Positions 1 to 12,486 of a DNA stretch of 32,000 bases are shown piece after piece. The position numbers were made by a program, and so were the translations under genes. Origin of the DNA: Deinococcus radiodurans R1 = ATCC 13939 = DSM 20539 (lineage in GTDB: Bacteria > Deinococcota > Deinococci > Deinococcales > Deinococcaceae); assembly GCF_000008565.1 (NCBI RefSeq), contig NC_001264.1, positions 288,347-320,346 on the forward strand, given 5' to 3'. The notes under the pieces were generated by a model. That model ran no database searches, had not been told where the DNA came from, and was given only the letters and a program-made list of their open reading frames with translations. Positions within the stretch are counted from its first letter, which is position 1; every line of letters starts with the position of its first letter.

Positions 1-239
1 TGCACGACCAGAAAAAACAGCAGCAGCCCCAGCGCAGGCCGCAGTTGCGCCCAGGTGGTGCGCCACCCCAGACGCGCGACGGCGTAGAGCGCCAGCGTCA
101 GCCCCAGCAGCGCCAGCAGGGGACGCCAGTCATGCAGCATAAACACCAGCACGCCGCACAGCAGCAGCCCCAGCAGCTTGACGCCCGGCGCGGCGCGGTG
201 CAGCGGCGAGTCGCGGGGGACATAAAGACCCAGCGTCAT
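1..239 (-). CDS. ECF/cobalt-type transporter transmembrane T component (CbiQ/EcfT-like), N-terminal part only; gene runs off the left edge
   Basis: Absent from the ORF track because it leaves the window. My translation of the minus strand from the ATG at 239-237 gives MTLGLYVPRDSPLHRAAPGVKLLGLLLCGVLVFMLHDWRPLLALLGLTLALYAVARLGW... It is hydrophobic with a CbiQ-like N-terminus. It begins 19 nt after the stop (259) of the ATPase fragment upstream. Confidence 0.55.
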   Translation of the reverse strand, partial: MTLGLYVPRDSPLHRAAPGVKLLGLLLCGVLVFMLHDWRPLLALLGLTLALYAVARLGWRTTWAQLRPALGLLLFFLVV

Positions 240-258
240 GCGGCTTCCGGTGAGCGGT

Positions 259-624
259 TCAGGGCCACGTCATCCGCTCCCGGTAGACCCGCAGCGCCTC
301 GGCGGGCGGCGCGTCGGCGATGAGTTCTCCGGCCTCGAACACCAGCACCCGCTCGAAGTCGCGCAGCAAGTCCAGGTCGTGCGTCACCACAATCGCCGTC
401 TGCGGCAACTCGCGGATGGCCGCCGCCACCCGGTTGCGGTTGCGCAGGTCGAGCAAGGTGGTCGGCTCGTCGAACACGACGTACTCGGGCCGCATCACCA
501 GCACGCCCGAAATGGCGAGCAGTTGCTTTTGCCCCCCGCTGAGCAGGTGCGAGGGGTGCTGACGGTATTCCCCCAGGTCGTAGCGTTCCAGCACCTCACC
601 GATGCGGGCTTCCACCTCGGCAGG
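259..624 (-). CDS. ABC/ECF-type ATPase, C-terminal ~120 aa only; the 5' half is missing at the vector junction
   Basis: ORF 259..615 contains the signature LSGGQKQ, Walker B VVFDEPT and H-loop VTHD. There is no Walker A/Q-loop half. The reading frame continues straight into the polylinker at 626. Confidence 0.8.
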   Translation of the reverse strand, partial: PAEVEARIGEVLERYDLGEYRQHPSHLLSGGQKQLLAISGVLVMRPEYVVFDEPTTLLDLRNRNRVAAAIRELPQTAIVVTHDLDLLRDFERVLVFEAGELIADAPPAEALRVYRERMTWP

Positions 625-625
625 C

Positions 626-659
626 GGGGATCCTCTAGAGTCGACCTGCAGGCATGCAA
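626..659. other. pUC18/19 (M13mp18/19)-type multiple-cloning-site fragment: SmaI half-site, BamHI, XbaI, SalI, PstI, SphI
   Basis: Read directly: GGGGATCCTCTAGAGTCGACCTGCAGGCATGCAA. Five abutting 6-bp sites occur in the exact polylinker order: GGATCC 628-633, TCTAGA 634-639, GTCGAC 640-645, CTGCAG 646-651, GCATGC 652-657. Confidence 0.9.
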
Positions 660-2245
<1,586 letters not shown>

Positions 2246-2397
2246 GCTGCCGGGGAGGGCGACGGCACCTCACCGCCTGCCGCACCGCACCTGCCGCGCC
2301 GCGCCTGTCACTCTCCCCCCGCCGCTCACCCACGGTCGGTTGTTCGGGACTATGTAATTTATTTCTCTAATGGCTGCTCAGCCTCTACACTTGCACT

Positions 2398-3762
2398 GTG
2401 TCCATTCAATCATTTGAGGAAAAATCGGTCCCCATGACGGTGGACCGCGTGCTGGACGACCTGGGCCTGGGCCGCTTCCAGTGGAAGCTGCTCGCCATCT
2501 GTGGGCTGACCTGGGCCGCCGACGCGATGGAGGTGCTCCTGATGGGCTTCGCGCTGCCCGGCATCAGTGCGGCGTTCGAGTTGCCCAAAGGCTCGCCCGC
2601 CGCGACGATGCTGCTCACCGCGACTTTTGCGGGGATGCTGTTCGGGGCGTGGTTCTGGGGGTATCTGGCCGACCGGGTGGGCCGGCGCAGCGTGTTTCTG
2701 ACGACGGTGGCGCTCGGCGTGGTCTTCGGGCTGGCGGGGGCCCTAGCGCCGACGCTGACGTGGCTACTCGTCGCCCGCTTTCTAACGGGCTTCGCCATCG
2801 GTGGGACGCTACCGGTGGACTACTCGATGATGGCCGAGTTCGTGCCGACAGCGTGGCGCGGGCGGTTTCTGGTGTATCTGGAAAGTTTCTGGGCGGTGGG
2901 CACGGTGGTCGTCGCCGCGCTCGCGTGGTGGGTCAGTACCGCTTTTGCCCCCGCCGAGGGCTGGCGCTGGCTGCTGGGGCTGGCCGCGCTGCCGGGGCTG
3001 GTCGGCCTGATTGCCCGCATCGGCATTCCCGATTCGCCGCGCTCGTTGCTGGCGCGGGGCGAAGAAGCGCAGGCCCGCGCCGCGCTGCAAAAAGTCGCGC
3101 AGGCCAACGGGGGCACGCTGCCCGCCGCGCCGCTCGCGCACCCGGAGCAGCCGCCGCGCGTGTCGCCCGCCCAGCTTTTCCGGGGCGTCCTCGCCCGGCG
3201 CACGCCGCTGCTGATGGTGACGTGGTTTGGGCTGAGCCTGGGCTACTACGGCATTTTCTCGTGGCTGCCGAGCTTTCTGCGGGCGCAGGGGCTGGACCTC
3301 GGCGCGGTGTACCGCAGCACGCTGCTGCTCGCGCTCGCGCAGGTGCCGGGGTATCTGCTCGCCGCTTACCTGGTGGAAAAGATTGGGCGGCGGGTCACGT
3401 TGGTCGGCTTTCTGACGCTCGGCGCGGTGGGGGCGTACCTGTTCCTGCTCGCCCACGACGCGAACACGGTGCTGCTGACCTCGGCCCTGCTCTCTTTCGC
3501 GCTGCTTGGCGCCTGGGGGTCGCTGTACGCCTACACGCCCGAGCTGTTTCCCACCCCGCTGCGGACCACCGGCATGGGACTGGTCAGCGGGGTGGCCCGG
3601 CTCGCCAGCGTGGTGTCGCCGAGCATCGGGGCCATGCTGCTCACCGGCAACCTGACGCTCGCGCTGACCGTGTTCGCCGTGTGCTTCGCGCTCGCAGCGC
3701 TGGCGGCGTGGGGCATCGGGGTGGAAACGCGGGGGCAGGCGCTGGCGGAAACGGCAGAGTAA
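2398..3762 (+). CDS. niaP: MFS transporter of the SVOP/NiaP-like family, probable niacin transporter
   Basis: The 454-aa ORF has about 12 hydrophobic segments and MFS motif A ([10 protein letters not shown]). The N-terminus [30 protein letters not shown] is typical of SVOP/NiaP-type MFS proteins. It lies directly upstream of pncB and nadM. ATG at 2434 is an alternative start. Confidence 0.7.
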   Translation: MSIQSFEEKSVPMTVDRVLDDLGLGRFQWKLLAICGLTWAADAMEVLLMGFALPGISAAFELPKGSPAATMLLTATFAGMLFGAWFWGYLADRVGRRSVFLTTVALGVVFGLAGALAPTLTWLLVARFLTGFAIGGTLPVDYSMMAEFVPTAWRGRFLVYLESFWAVGTVVVAALAWWVSTAFAPAEGWRWLLGLAALPGLVGLIARIGIPDSPRSLLARGEEAQARAALQKVAQANGGTLPAAPLAHPEQPPRVSPAQLFRGVLARRTPLLMVTWFGLSLGYYGIFSWLPSFLRAQGLDLGAVYRSTLLLALAQVPGYLLAAYLVEKIGRRVTLVGFLTLGAVGAYLFLLAHDANTVLLTSALLSFALLGAWGSLYAYTPELFPTPLRTTGMGLVSGVARLASVVSPSIGAMLLTGNLTLALTVFAVCFALAALAAWGIGVETRGQALAETAE

Positions 3763-3776
3763 TGCAAGTCCAACCG

Positions 3777-3992
3777 TCTAAAGCATTTGACAGAATGATC
3801 TGGTCTGTCTTTGACCCTCTCCCTTGATGGGACTCAGAGAGCCGCTTGCGGAGAGGGCCTTGCGAAAGCTTGGGGTGAGGGTGTCTTTTTCTGGCAAATG
3901 CGCTAAAGGCCAAAGACCCCACATGCCACAGCATTTCGCGGTCAGACGGTCAAACAGTTAGCCCGTTTGACACCTCTCCCCCTCCCCAAAGG
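3777..3992 (+). repeat. Small noncoding repeat, MITE-like, copy A (Deinococcus SNR-type)
   Basis: Terminal inverted repeats GCATTTGACAG (3783-3793) and CTGGCAAATGC (3891-3901). Internal inverted repeat CCCTCTCC (3815-3822) and GGAGAGGG (3850-3857). The 22-nt stretch 3872-3893 recurs exactly, reverse-complemented, at 23212-23233. A second module at 3965-3992 is related to 23143-23180. Confidence 0.75.
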
Positions 3993-3998
3993 AACACC

Positions 3999-5423
3999 AT
4001 GACTGACCTCTCCCCCCTTCTGACCGACCTCTACCAGCTCACCATGATGCAGGGCTATTTTCTCAGCGACCTGCACCGGCAGCAGGCGACGTTTGACCTG
4101 TATTTCCGCCGCCTGCCCTTCGAGGGCGGCTACGCGGTGTGGGCCGGGCTGGAGCCGATGCTCGACTGGCTTCAGGGCTTGCACTTCGCCGAGGCCGACC
4201 TCGACTACCTCGCCTCGCTGGGGCAGTTCCGGCCCGAGTTTCTGGCGGCGCTGCGCGAGTGGCGCTTTTCCTGCGAGGTGACGGCGTTTCCCGAAGGCAG
4301 CGTGGTCTTTCCGCACGAGCCGCTGCTGACGGTGCGCGGGCCGCTGTGGGAAGCGCAACTGGTGGAAACGGCGCTGCTCAACACCCTGAATTTTCAGACG
4401 CTGGTGGCGACCAAGGCGGCGCGCTGCGTGCTGGCGGCGCAGGCGGGCGGCGGCACGGTCCTCGAATTCGGGGCGCGGCGGGCGCAGGGGCCGAACGGGG
4501 CCGTCAGCGCGGCGCGGGCGGCCTTCGTGGGCGGCGCAGTGGGCACGAGCAATCTGGAAGCGGGGCGGCAGTTCGGGATTCCAGTGTCGGGGACGCACGC
4601 GCACGCCTGGGTGGAGAGTTTTCCGACTGAACTCGACGCCTTTCGCGCCTACGCCGAGTTTTACCCCGACTCCACCACGCTGCTGCTCGACACGGTGGAC
4701 ACCCTCGGCAGCGGCCTGCCCAACGCGCTGACGGTGGCCGCCGAACTGCGGGCGAAGGGCCATGAACTGGGCGGCGTGCGCGTGGACTCAGGCGACCTCG
4801 CCTACCTCTCGCGGGTCATCCGGGAGCGGCTGGACGCGGCGGGCTTTCCCGACGTGAAAATCGTGGTGAGCAACGACCTGTCCGAATCGGTCATCTCCGG
4901 CGTGATTGCCGAGGGGGGCCGGGTGGACGTGTACGGCGTGGGGACGCAACTCGCCACGGCGGGGGGCCCCGGCGGCGGAGCGCTCGGCGGCGTGTACAAG
5001 CTGGCCGAACTGAATGGGCGGCCCCGCATGAAGCTGACCGGCGACCCCGCCAAGTCGAGCCTGCCCGGCACCAAAGCCGTGTGGCGCGGGTTAGATCATG
5101 ATCACTTCGCCTGGGACGTGCTGACGCTGGGAGACGCTCCACATGAGGGCCTGCGCGTCAGCGACCCCACCAACCCGCTGCGCTCGGCCCGGCTCACCTC
5201 GCGCCTGCACTGGCGTCCGGCCCGCGACCTCGTGATGAGCGGCGGCCAGCGCACCCGCCCTGCTGAGGCGCTGCCCGCGCTGCAAGCCCGCGCCCGCGAG
5301 GAACTTGCGCGCCTCGCCCCCGAAACGCGCCGTCTGCTTAACCCGCACGTCTACCGCGTGAGCCTTGCCCCCGAAGTCTCGGAATTGCGCGACCGGCTGG
5401 CGCAGGAACTGCGGGGCCACTGA
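3999..5423 (+). CDS. pncB: nicotinate phosphoribosyltransferase
   Basis: 474-aa ORF with an N-terminus [15 protein letters not shown] typical of NAPRTase. Context with niaP and nadM. SD AAGGA lies 5 nt upstream of the ATG. Confidence 0.9.
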   Translation: MTDLSPLLTDLYQLTMMQGYFLSDLHRQQATFDLYFRRLPFEGGYAVWAGLEPMLDWLQGLHFAEADLDYLASLGQFRPEFLAALREWRFSCEVTAFPEGSVVFPHEPLLTVRGPLWEAQLVETALLNTLNFQTLVATKAARCVLAAQAGGGTVLEFGARRAQGPNGAVSAARAAFVGGAVGTSNLEAGRQFGIPVSGTHAHAWVESFPTELDAFRAYAEFYPDSTTLLLDTVDTLGSGLPNALTVAAELRAKGHELGGVRVDSGDLAYLSRVIRERLDAAGFPDVKIVVSNDLSESVISGVIAEGGRVDVYGVGTQLATAGGPGGGALGGVYKLAELNGRPRMKLTGDPAKSSLPGTKAVWRGLDHDHFAWDVLTLGDAPHEGLRVSDPTNPLRSARLTSRLHWRPARDLVMSGGQRTRPAEALPALQARAREELARLAPETRRLLNPHVYRVSLAPEVSELRDRLAQELRGH

Positions 5424-5425
5424 CC

Positions 5426-6397
5426 TTGCCGCAGCCGTCCACGCTCAGCGGGGCCGTCTACGTCGGGCGATTTCAGCCGCCGCACGCCGCGCATGTCGCC
5501 AGTGTGCTCGCCGCGCTGGAGGCCGCGCCGCGCGTGCTGGTCCTGCTCGGCAGCGCCAATCTGGCCCGCAGCGTGAAAAATCCGTTCACGCCTGCCGAAC
5601 GCGAAGTGATGTTCCGGGCCGCGCTGACGGACGCAGGGGCTGACCTGCGCCGCGTCACCTTTCGCCCGCTGCCGGACCGTTTCGACGCCGACCTGTGGGC
5701 CGCCGACGTGCGGGCGGTAGCGGCGGAGATCTTTGGCCCCGGCGCGAGCGTCGGTCTGGTCGGCTTTGAAAAGGACGCGAGTTCGAGTTATCTGCGTTGG
5801 TTTCCCGGCTGGCAGCGGGTCAACGTGCCGGAAACGCCGGGCCTGAACGCGACGGATATCCGCACGGCGCTGTTTGAGGGCGCCCCGCTGCCTGCTGGCC
5901 TGCCGCGCCCGGTGTCGGGGGCGCTGGGCCGTTTTGCCCATACGCCCACCTGCGCCCGCTTGCGGCGGGAATGGACCGCCGTGGGACAGGAACGCGCCGC
6001 GTTGCCCCCCGGCACCGTCTTGCAAGAGGAACGCTGGCTGCACGTCATGGACAGGCGGGTGTGGCTCGCTCACCGGCCCGGTCCCATCGGCCAGGGCTTG
6101 TGGGAATTGCCGGGGCGGGTGCTGCCGCCCGGCGAAGTGCTGCCGCCCGGCGAAGTGCTGCCGCCCGGCGAAGTGCCCCTCCCCGGAGACGCCACGTTCG
6201 ACCACCCCGCGCGGACGCTGGTGACACGGACAGTGGCGCAGATACGGCTGGGTGCCCCTCCCGCCGGTTTTCAGGTGGTGCCCGTTTGCCTTGAAGTCGC
6301 CCTCTCCCGTCCCCGCCTGTTCCACGAGGACCACAGCGTCATTCTGGCGCGGCTGACGGGCCACGAACAGACCAACCAAGAAAAGCCCCCGGCCTGA
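5426..6397 (+). CDS. nadM: NadM-type nicotinamide-nucleotide adenylyltransferase fused to a degenerate Nudix (ADP-ribose pyrophosphatase-like) domain
   Basis: N-terminus [15 protein letters not shown] matches the GRFQPxHxGH nucleotidyltransferase motif of NadM. The C-terminal half keeps Nudix-fold flanks ([25 protein letters not shown]) but has no REx2EE box. TTG start 2 nt after the pncB stop. Confidence 0.7.
   Translation: MPQPSTLSGAVYVGRFQPPHAAHVASVLAALEAAPRVLVLLGSANLARSVKNPFTPAEREVMFRAALTDAGADLRRVTFRPLPDRFDADLWAADVRAVAAEIFGPGASVGLVGFEKDASSSYLRWFPGWQRVNVPETPGLNATDIRTALFEGAPLPAGLPRPVSGALGRFAHTPTCARLRREWTAVGQERAALPPGTVLQEERWLHVMDRRVWLAHRPGPIGQGLWELPGRVLPPGEVLPPGEVLPPGEVPLPGDATFDHPARTLVTRTVAQIRLGAPPAGFQVVPVCLEVALSRPRLFHEDHSVILARLTGHEQTNQEKPPA
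6119..6190 (+). repeat. In-frame 18-bp tandem repeat GTGCTGCCGCCCGGCGAA x3 (perfect) plus one degenerate unit, encoding (VLPPGE)3-VPLPGD
   Basis: Read directly: units at 6119-6136, 6137-6154 and 6155-6172, and a degenerate unit at 6173-6190. Confidence 0.95.
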
Positions 6398-6412
6398 GCA
6401 CCGGGGGTTTTT
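6386..6412. terminator. Bidirectional rho-independent terminator between convergent nadM and the amine oxidase gene
   Basis: Stem CCCCCGG (6386-6392) / CCGGGGG (6401-6407) with an 8-nt loop, flanked by AAAA on the left and TTTTTCTT on the right. The nadM TGA stop (6395-6397) lies in the loop. Confidence 0.7.
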
Positions 6413-6451
6413 CTTAGCGTTGTGCGGCGGCTTTAGGCCTGTCCTGTCTGC

Positions 6452-8032
6452 TCAGGCCTGACTGCTCGCGAACTTGTGCATTTCCTGCACGGCGGTGGTG
6501 GCCGCGAGCAGGGCGCCTTCCTGCCAGCCGTTCCAGTAGGAGGTGTGCTCGCCGGCCAGCATCATGCGGCCATGACGGGCGCAGAGGGTAGGGTAGTAGC
6601 GCTCGCGGGTGTCGGCGTTGTACAGGCCGTAGCAGCCGAGAGTCCAGGGCACGCGGTGCCAGCCCACGGTCACGCCGTTGTCGAACTCCTTGGCGGCGGC
6701 GGGGTGCAGCTGCGCGTTGTACTCCACGACTTTCTTCAGGCGCTCTTCGGGCGACATGCCGCTCATGACCACCGCGTCGGTGCCGAACATGTAGGCGCCG
6801 AGGACCACGCCCTTGCCGGTCGAGAAGTAGTTGTTCGAGGGGTAGGAGATGAGCTGGTTGGGCAGGTCGGTGTACGAGATGCCGCCGTAGATGTCATCGT
6901 CCTGTTCCCAGAAACGGCGCTTGTACTGCACGCCCGCCTTGAAGCTCGAGGCGTAGGGCACCTTCTTGATGGCTTCGGCGAGGTCCTTGTCCACGCCGGT
7001 CAGCTTGATCTGGCTGAGGATCGAGAGCGGAATGGTGCAGATGCAGTAGTCGCCGCTCGCGGTCTTGGTGGTGCCGTCGGCGTCCACGTAGGTCGCGGTG
7101 ACCTTGTCGGTGTCCTGCTTGATTTCGGTCACGCGGGCGCGGTACTTGATGAAGCGGCCCACCCGGCTCTCGAAGGCGCGGGCCATGGCATCCATGCCGC
7201 CGACCGGCTCGAACATGGTGCTGCGGAACTCGTACCACATACCCTGGTTCAGGTCGCTCCAGAGCCGGCGCTCAAGCAGCGTGTCGAGGCCGATCGGCTG
7301 CGAGGGCGTGCCGGGTTCGAGGCGGGCACCGGGGTCGCGGTCATAGCCACGGAATGTGCTCGTTTCGAGGCTCTTGACGTAGCGCCCGTCCTTGTTGAGA
7401 AAACCCCATTCGTGCAGCGCTTCGAGCAGTTTTTCCTTGTCCTCGGTGGTCAGGCCGGTGTCGAGGTTGCCCTGGCTGGCGGCCTTGTTCAGCAGTTCGG
7501 CCACGTGCCCCTGCATGTCGGTGCGCGCCTCGGCCTGCCGCACCCGCGTGGGTTGCTGACCATTTTTCCCCTCGCGGTGGATGTAGGCGTTCCAGTTTTC
7601 CATGATGAACGGTTCGAGCTTGACCCCGAACTCGCGGGCGTAGTGGAGGTAAGCGTGATGGTGGCAGGGAATGCGCCAGGGGCCGGGGTTGATGTACAGG
7701 CCCCGGTCGAACTCGCAGGTCTGCTTGAAGCCGCCGAGCTCGGTGTATTCGTCGCCGCCGCGAATGGTCCAGCAGCGGCCCCCGGCGCGCCCGTTGAATT
7801 CGAGAATCTGCACGTCGTAGCCGGCCTTCTGCATTTCGTAGGCGCTCGCCATGCCGGCTAAGCCCCCGCCCAGAATCAGCACGCTCTTGCCCTTGCCGCC
7901 GCCGGTAAGTTGCGGCTTGGTGTAGGTCGAGGACGCGGCGAGGCCCATCGTGTTCATCATCTGGTAGGCGGCGGCGGCCCCACCGACCATGCCGACCATC
8001 CCCAGGAAATTTCTGCGGCTCATTTCACTCAT
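6452..8032 (-). CDS. Tat-exported FAD-dependent amine oxidase-family flavoprotein (L-amino-acid/monoamine oxidase-like)
   Basis: 526-aa ORF. Twin-arginine signal MSEMSRRNFLGMVGMVGGAAAAY. Dinucleotide-binding VLILGGGLAGMASAYEMQKAGYDVQILEFNGRAGGR typical of flavin amine oxidases. Confidence 0.85.
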   Translation of the reverse strand: MSEMSRRNFLGMVGMVGGAAAAYQMMNTMGLAASSTYTKPQLTGGGKGKSVLILGGGLAGMASAYEMQKAGYDVQILEFNGRAGGRCWTIRGGDEYTELGGFKQTCEFDRGLYINPGPWRIPCHHHAYLHYAREFGVKLEPFIMENWNAYIHREGKNGQQPTRVRQAEARTDMQGHVAELLNKAASQGNLDTGLTTEDKEKLLEALHEWGFLNKDGRYVKSLETSTFRGYDRDPGARLEPGTPSQPIGLDTLLERRLWSDLNQGMWYEFRSTMFEPVGGMDAMARAFESRVGRFIKYRARVTEIKQDTDKVTATYVDADGTTKTASGDYCICTIPLSILSQIKLTGVDKDLAEAIKKVPYASSFKAGVQYKRRFWEQDDDIYGGISYTDLPNQLISYPSNNYFSTGKGVVLGAYMFGTDAVVMSGMSPEERLKKVVEYNAQLHPAAAKEFDNGVTVGWHRVPWTLGCYGLYNADTRERYYPTLCARHGRMMLAGEHTSYWNGWQEGALLAATTAVQEMHKFASSQA

Positions 8033-8083
8033 GCTTGTTCCTGCCTTTGTCTCTGGTGGCGTTCGCTGTGGCGGCGCGGCGCA

Positions 8084-8836
8084 TCAGCCCGCGTCTTCCC
8101 CGAAGGTCATTTCTCTCTCGACCGGCGGACGAATCTGCTTGAGGTCTTCGGGCTTGACCTGGTCCTGATTGTTGTTCAGCTCGGTGCGGACATAGTTGAC
8201 GATTTTGGCCGCCTGCTCGTCGCTGAGGTAGTGGGCAAAGCCGGGCATCCCGCCGTTGCCGTTCAGAACCATGCTTTCCACATAGGGCGCACTGGCGAGC
8301 TTGGCGTTGCCGGCGAGCGCGGGGTAGTTGTAGACACCGCCGCCGCCGTTGGCACCCTTGCCGCCGGGCATGTGGCAGCTCTGGCAGACTTCGACGTACA
8401 GCTCGGCGCCGGTTTGGCCGGTGAAAAAGTCGTAGGTGCGCCCCTTGACCGGGTCCGCCGCCTGGGTCGTGCCGTGCGCGGGGTCTTCGGGAGCAGCGTT
8501 TTGACCGTTGGCGTTCTGCCCATTCTGGCCCTGGGCTTCCTGGCCCGTGGTGCCAAGGCCACCAGCGGCGTTTGTCTGAGCGGTTTGATTCTGCCCCGAC
8601 TGGTTCTGGGCCGTCTGGTCCGTCGACTGAGTACCCTGGGTGGACTGGCTGGATTGAGTGGTCTGGGTGCTGGTGTTCTGGCTCGTCTGGGTCATGACCT
8701 GCCCGTTTTGCGCGGCGGTGTTGCGCTTGACCGCCGGGTTGAACAGCAGCAGGAAAATGACCCCGAGAATGACACCCAGCGCGAGGCTGAGCAGCAGGGT
8801 CGGGACGAGCGAAAAATTCCTGGGAGATGAGGACAT
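8084..8836 (-). CDS. Membrane-anchored class I c-type cytochrome with a long Q/T/S/N-rich tether
   Basis: ATG at 8836 is preceded by AGGAGG (8841-8846). The N-terminal TM segment is [24 protein letters not shown] ~90-aa low-complexity linker follows. The C-terminal domain has heme motif CQSCH and distal-Met motif NGNGGMPGF. The ORF track start at 8896 is probably too far upstream. Confidence 0.85.
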   Translation of the reverse strand: MSSSPRNFSLVPTLLLSLALGVILGVIFLLLFNPAVKRNTAAQNGQVMTQTSQNTSTQTTQSSQSTQGTQSTDQTAQNQSGQNQTAQTNAAGGLGTTGQEAQGQNGQNANGQNAAPEDPAHGTTQAADPVKGRTYDFFTGQTGAELYVEVCQSCHMPGGKGANGGGGVYNYPALAGNAKLASAPYVESMVLNGNGGMPGFAHYLSDEQAAKIVNYVRTELNNNQDQVKPEDLKQIRPPVEREMTFGEDAG

Positions 8837-8965
8837 AGGGCCTCCTGGTGAGAAACGAAACTCCCTGTCGACAGATGCCGCAGGGAGAAAGGACACGCTG
8901 TGACCGAGTTATACGCTCTTTGTCACATTTTTCCGCTTAATAGAACGCTCAGGTTGACGCCGCGC

Positions 8966-10687
<1,722 letters not shown>

Positions 10688-10705
10688 GGGGTCTTCTCCT
10701 GGGGG

Positions 10706-10750
10706 CAAAAAGCAGGGGACCGGGAAGGCAAGCGCGTCTTCCCCGTCCCC
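10706..10750 (-). terminator. Strong rho-independent terminator between aceB and the malic enzyme gene
   Basis: Minus-strand reading: GGGGACGGGGAAGA - CGCGCTTG - CCTTCCCGGTCCCC followed by TGCTTTTT. It forms 12 bp (one mismatch inside the helix, one unpaired pair at the loop end). It starts 15 nt after the aceB stop, and the T-tract ends about 5 nt before the malic enzyme SD. Confidence 0.7.
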
Positions 10751-10765
10751 CTCACGTCAGCACAT

Positions 10766-12331
<1,566 letters not shown>

Positions 12332-12486
12332 GGGGTTCTCCTGGGAAGAGAGGCGAAAGCCGAAGAGCAGTCCTTGCAGTTTTTCACTGGATGAACTTTG
12401 ATTTCATTTTACAGCAAATGAGGCCGGCTGTTCCCGCATGTCCAGAGAACACAGACGGTAACGCGCTCTCTTTGGTTTGCCTCCTT

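Noticed and set aside
2345-2375. Possible RDRM (radiation/desiccation response motif) or purine riboswitch upstream of adenine deaminase
   Set aside because: Only a TATGTAAT half-site is present, with no palindromic partner. The reverse-complement leader shows none of the conserved purine-riboswitch core segments.
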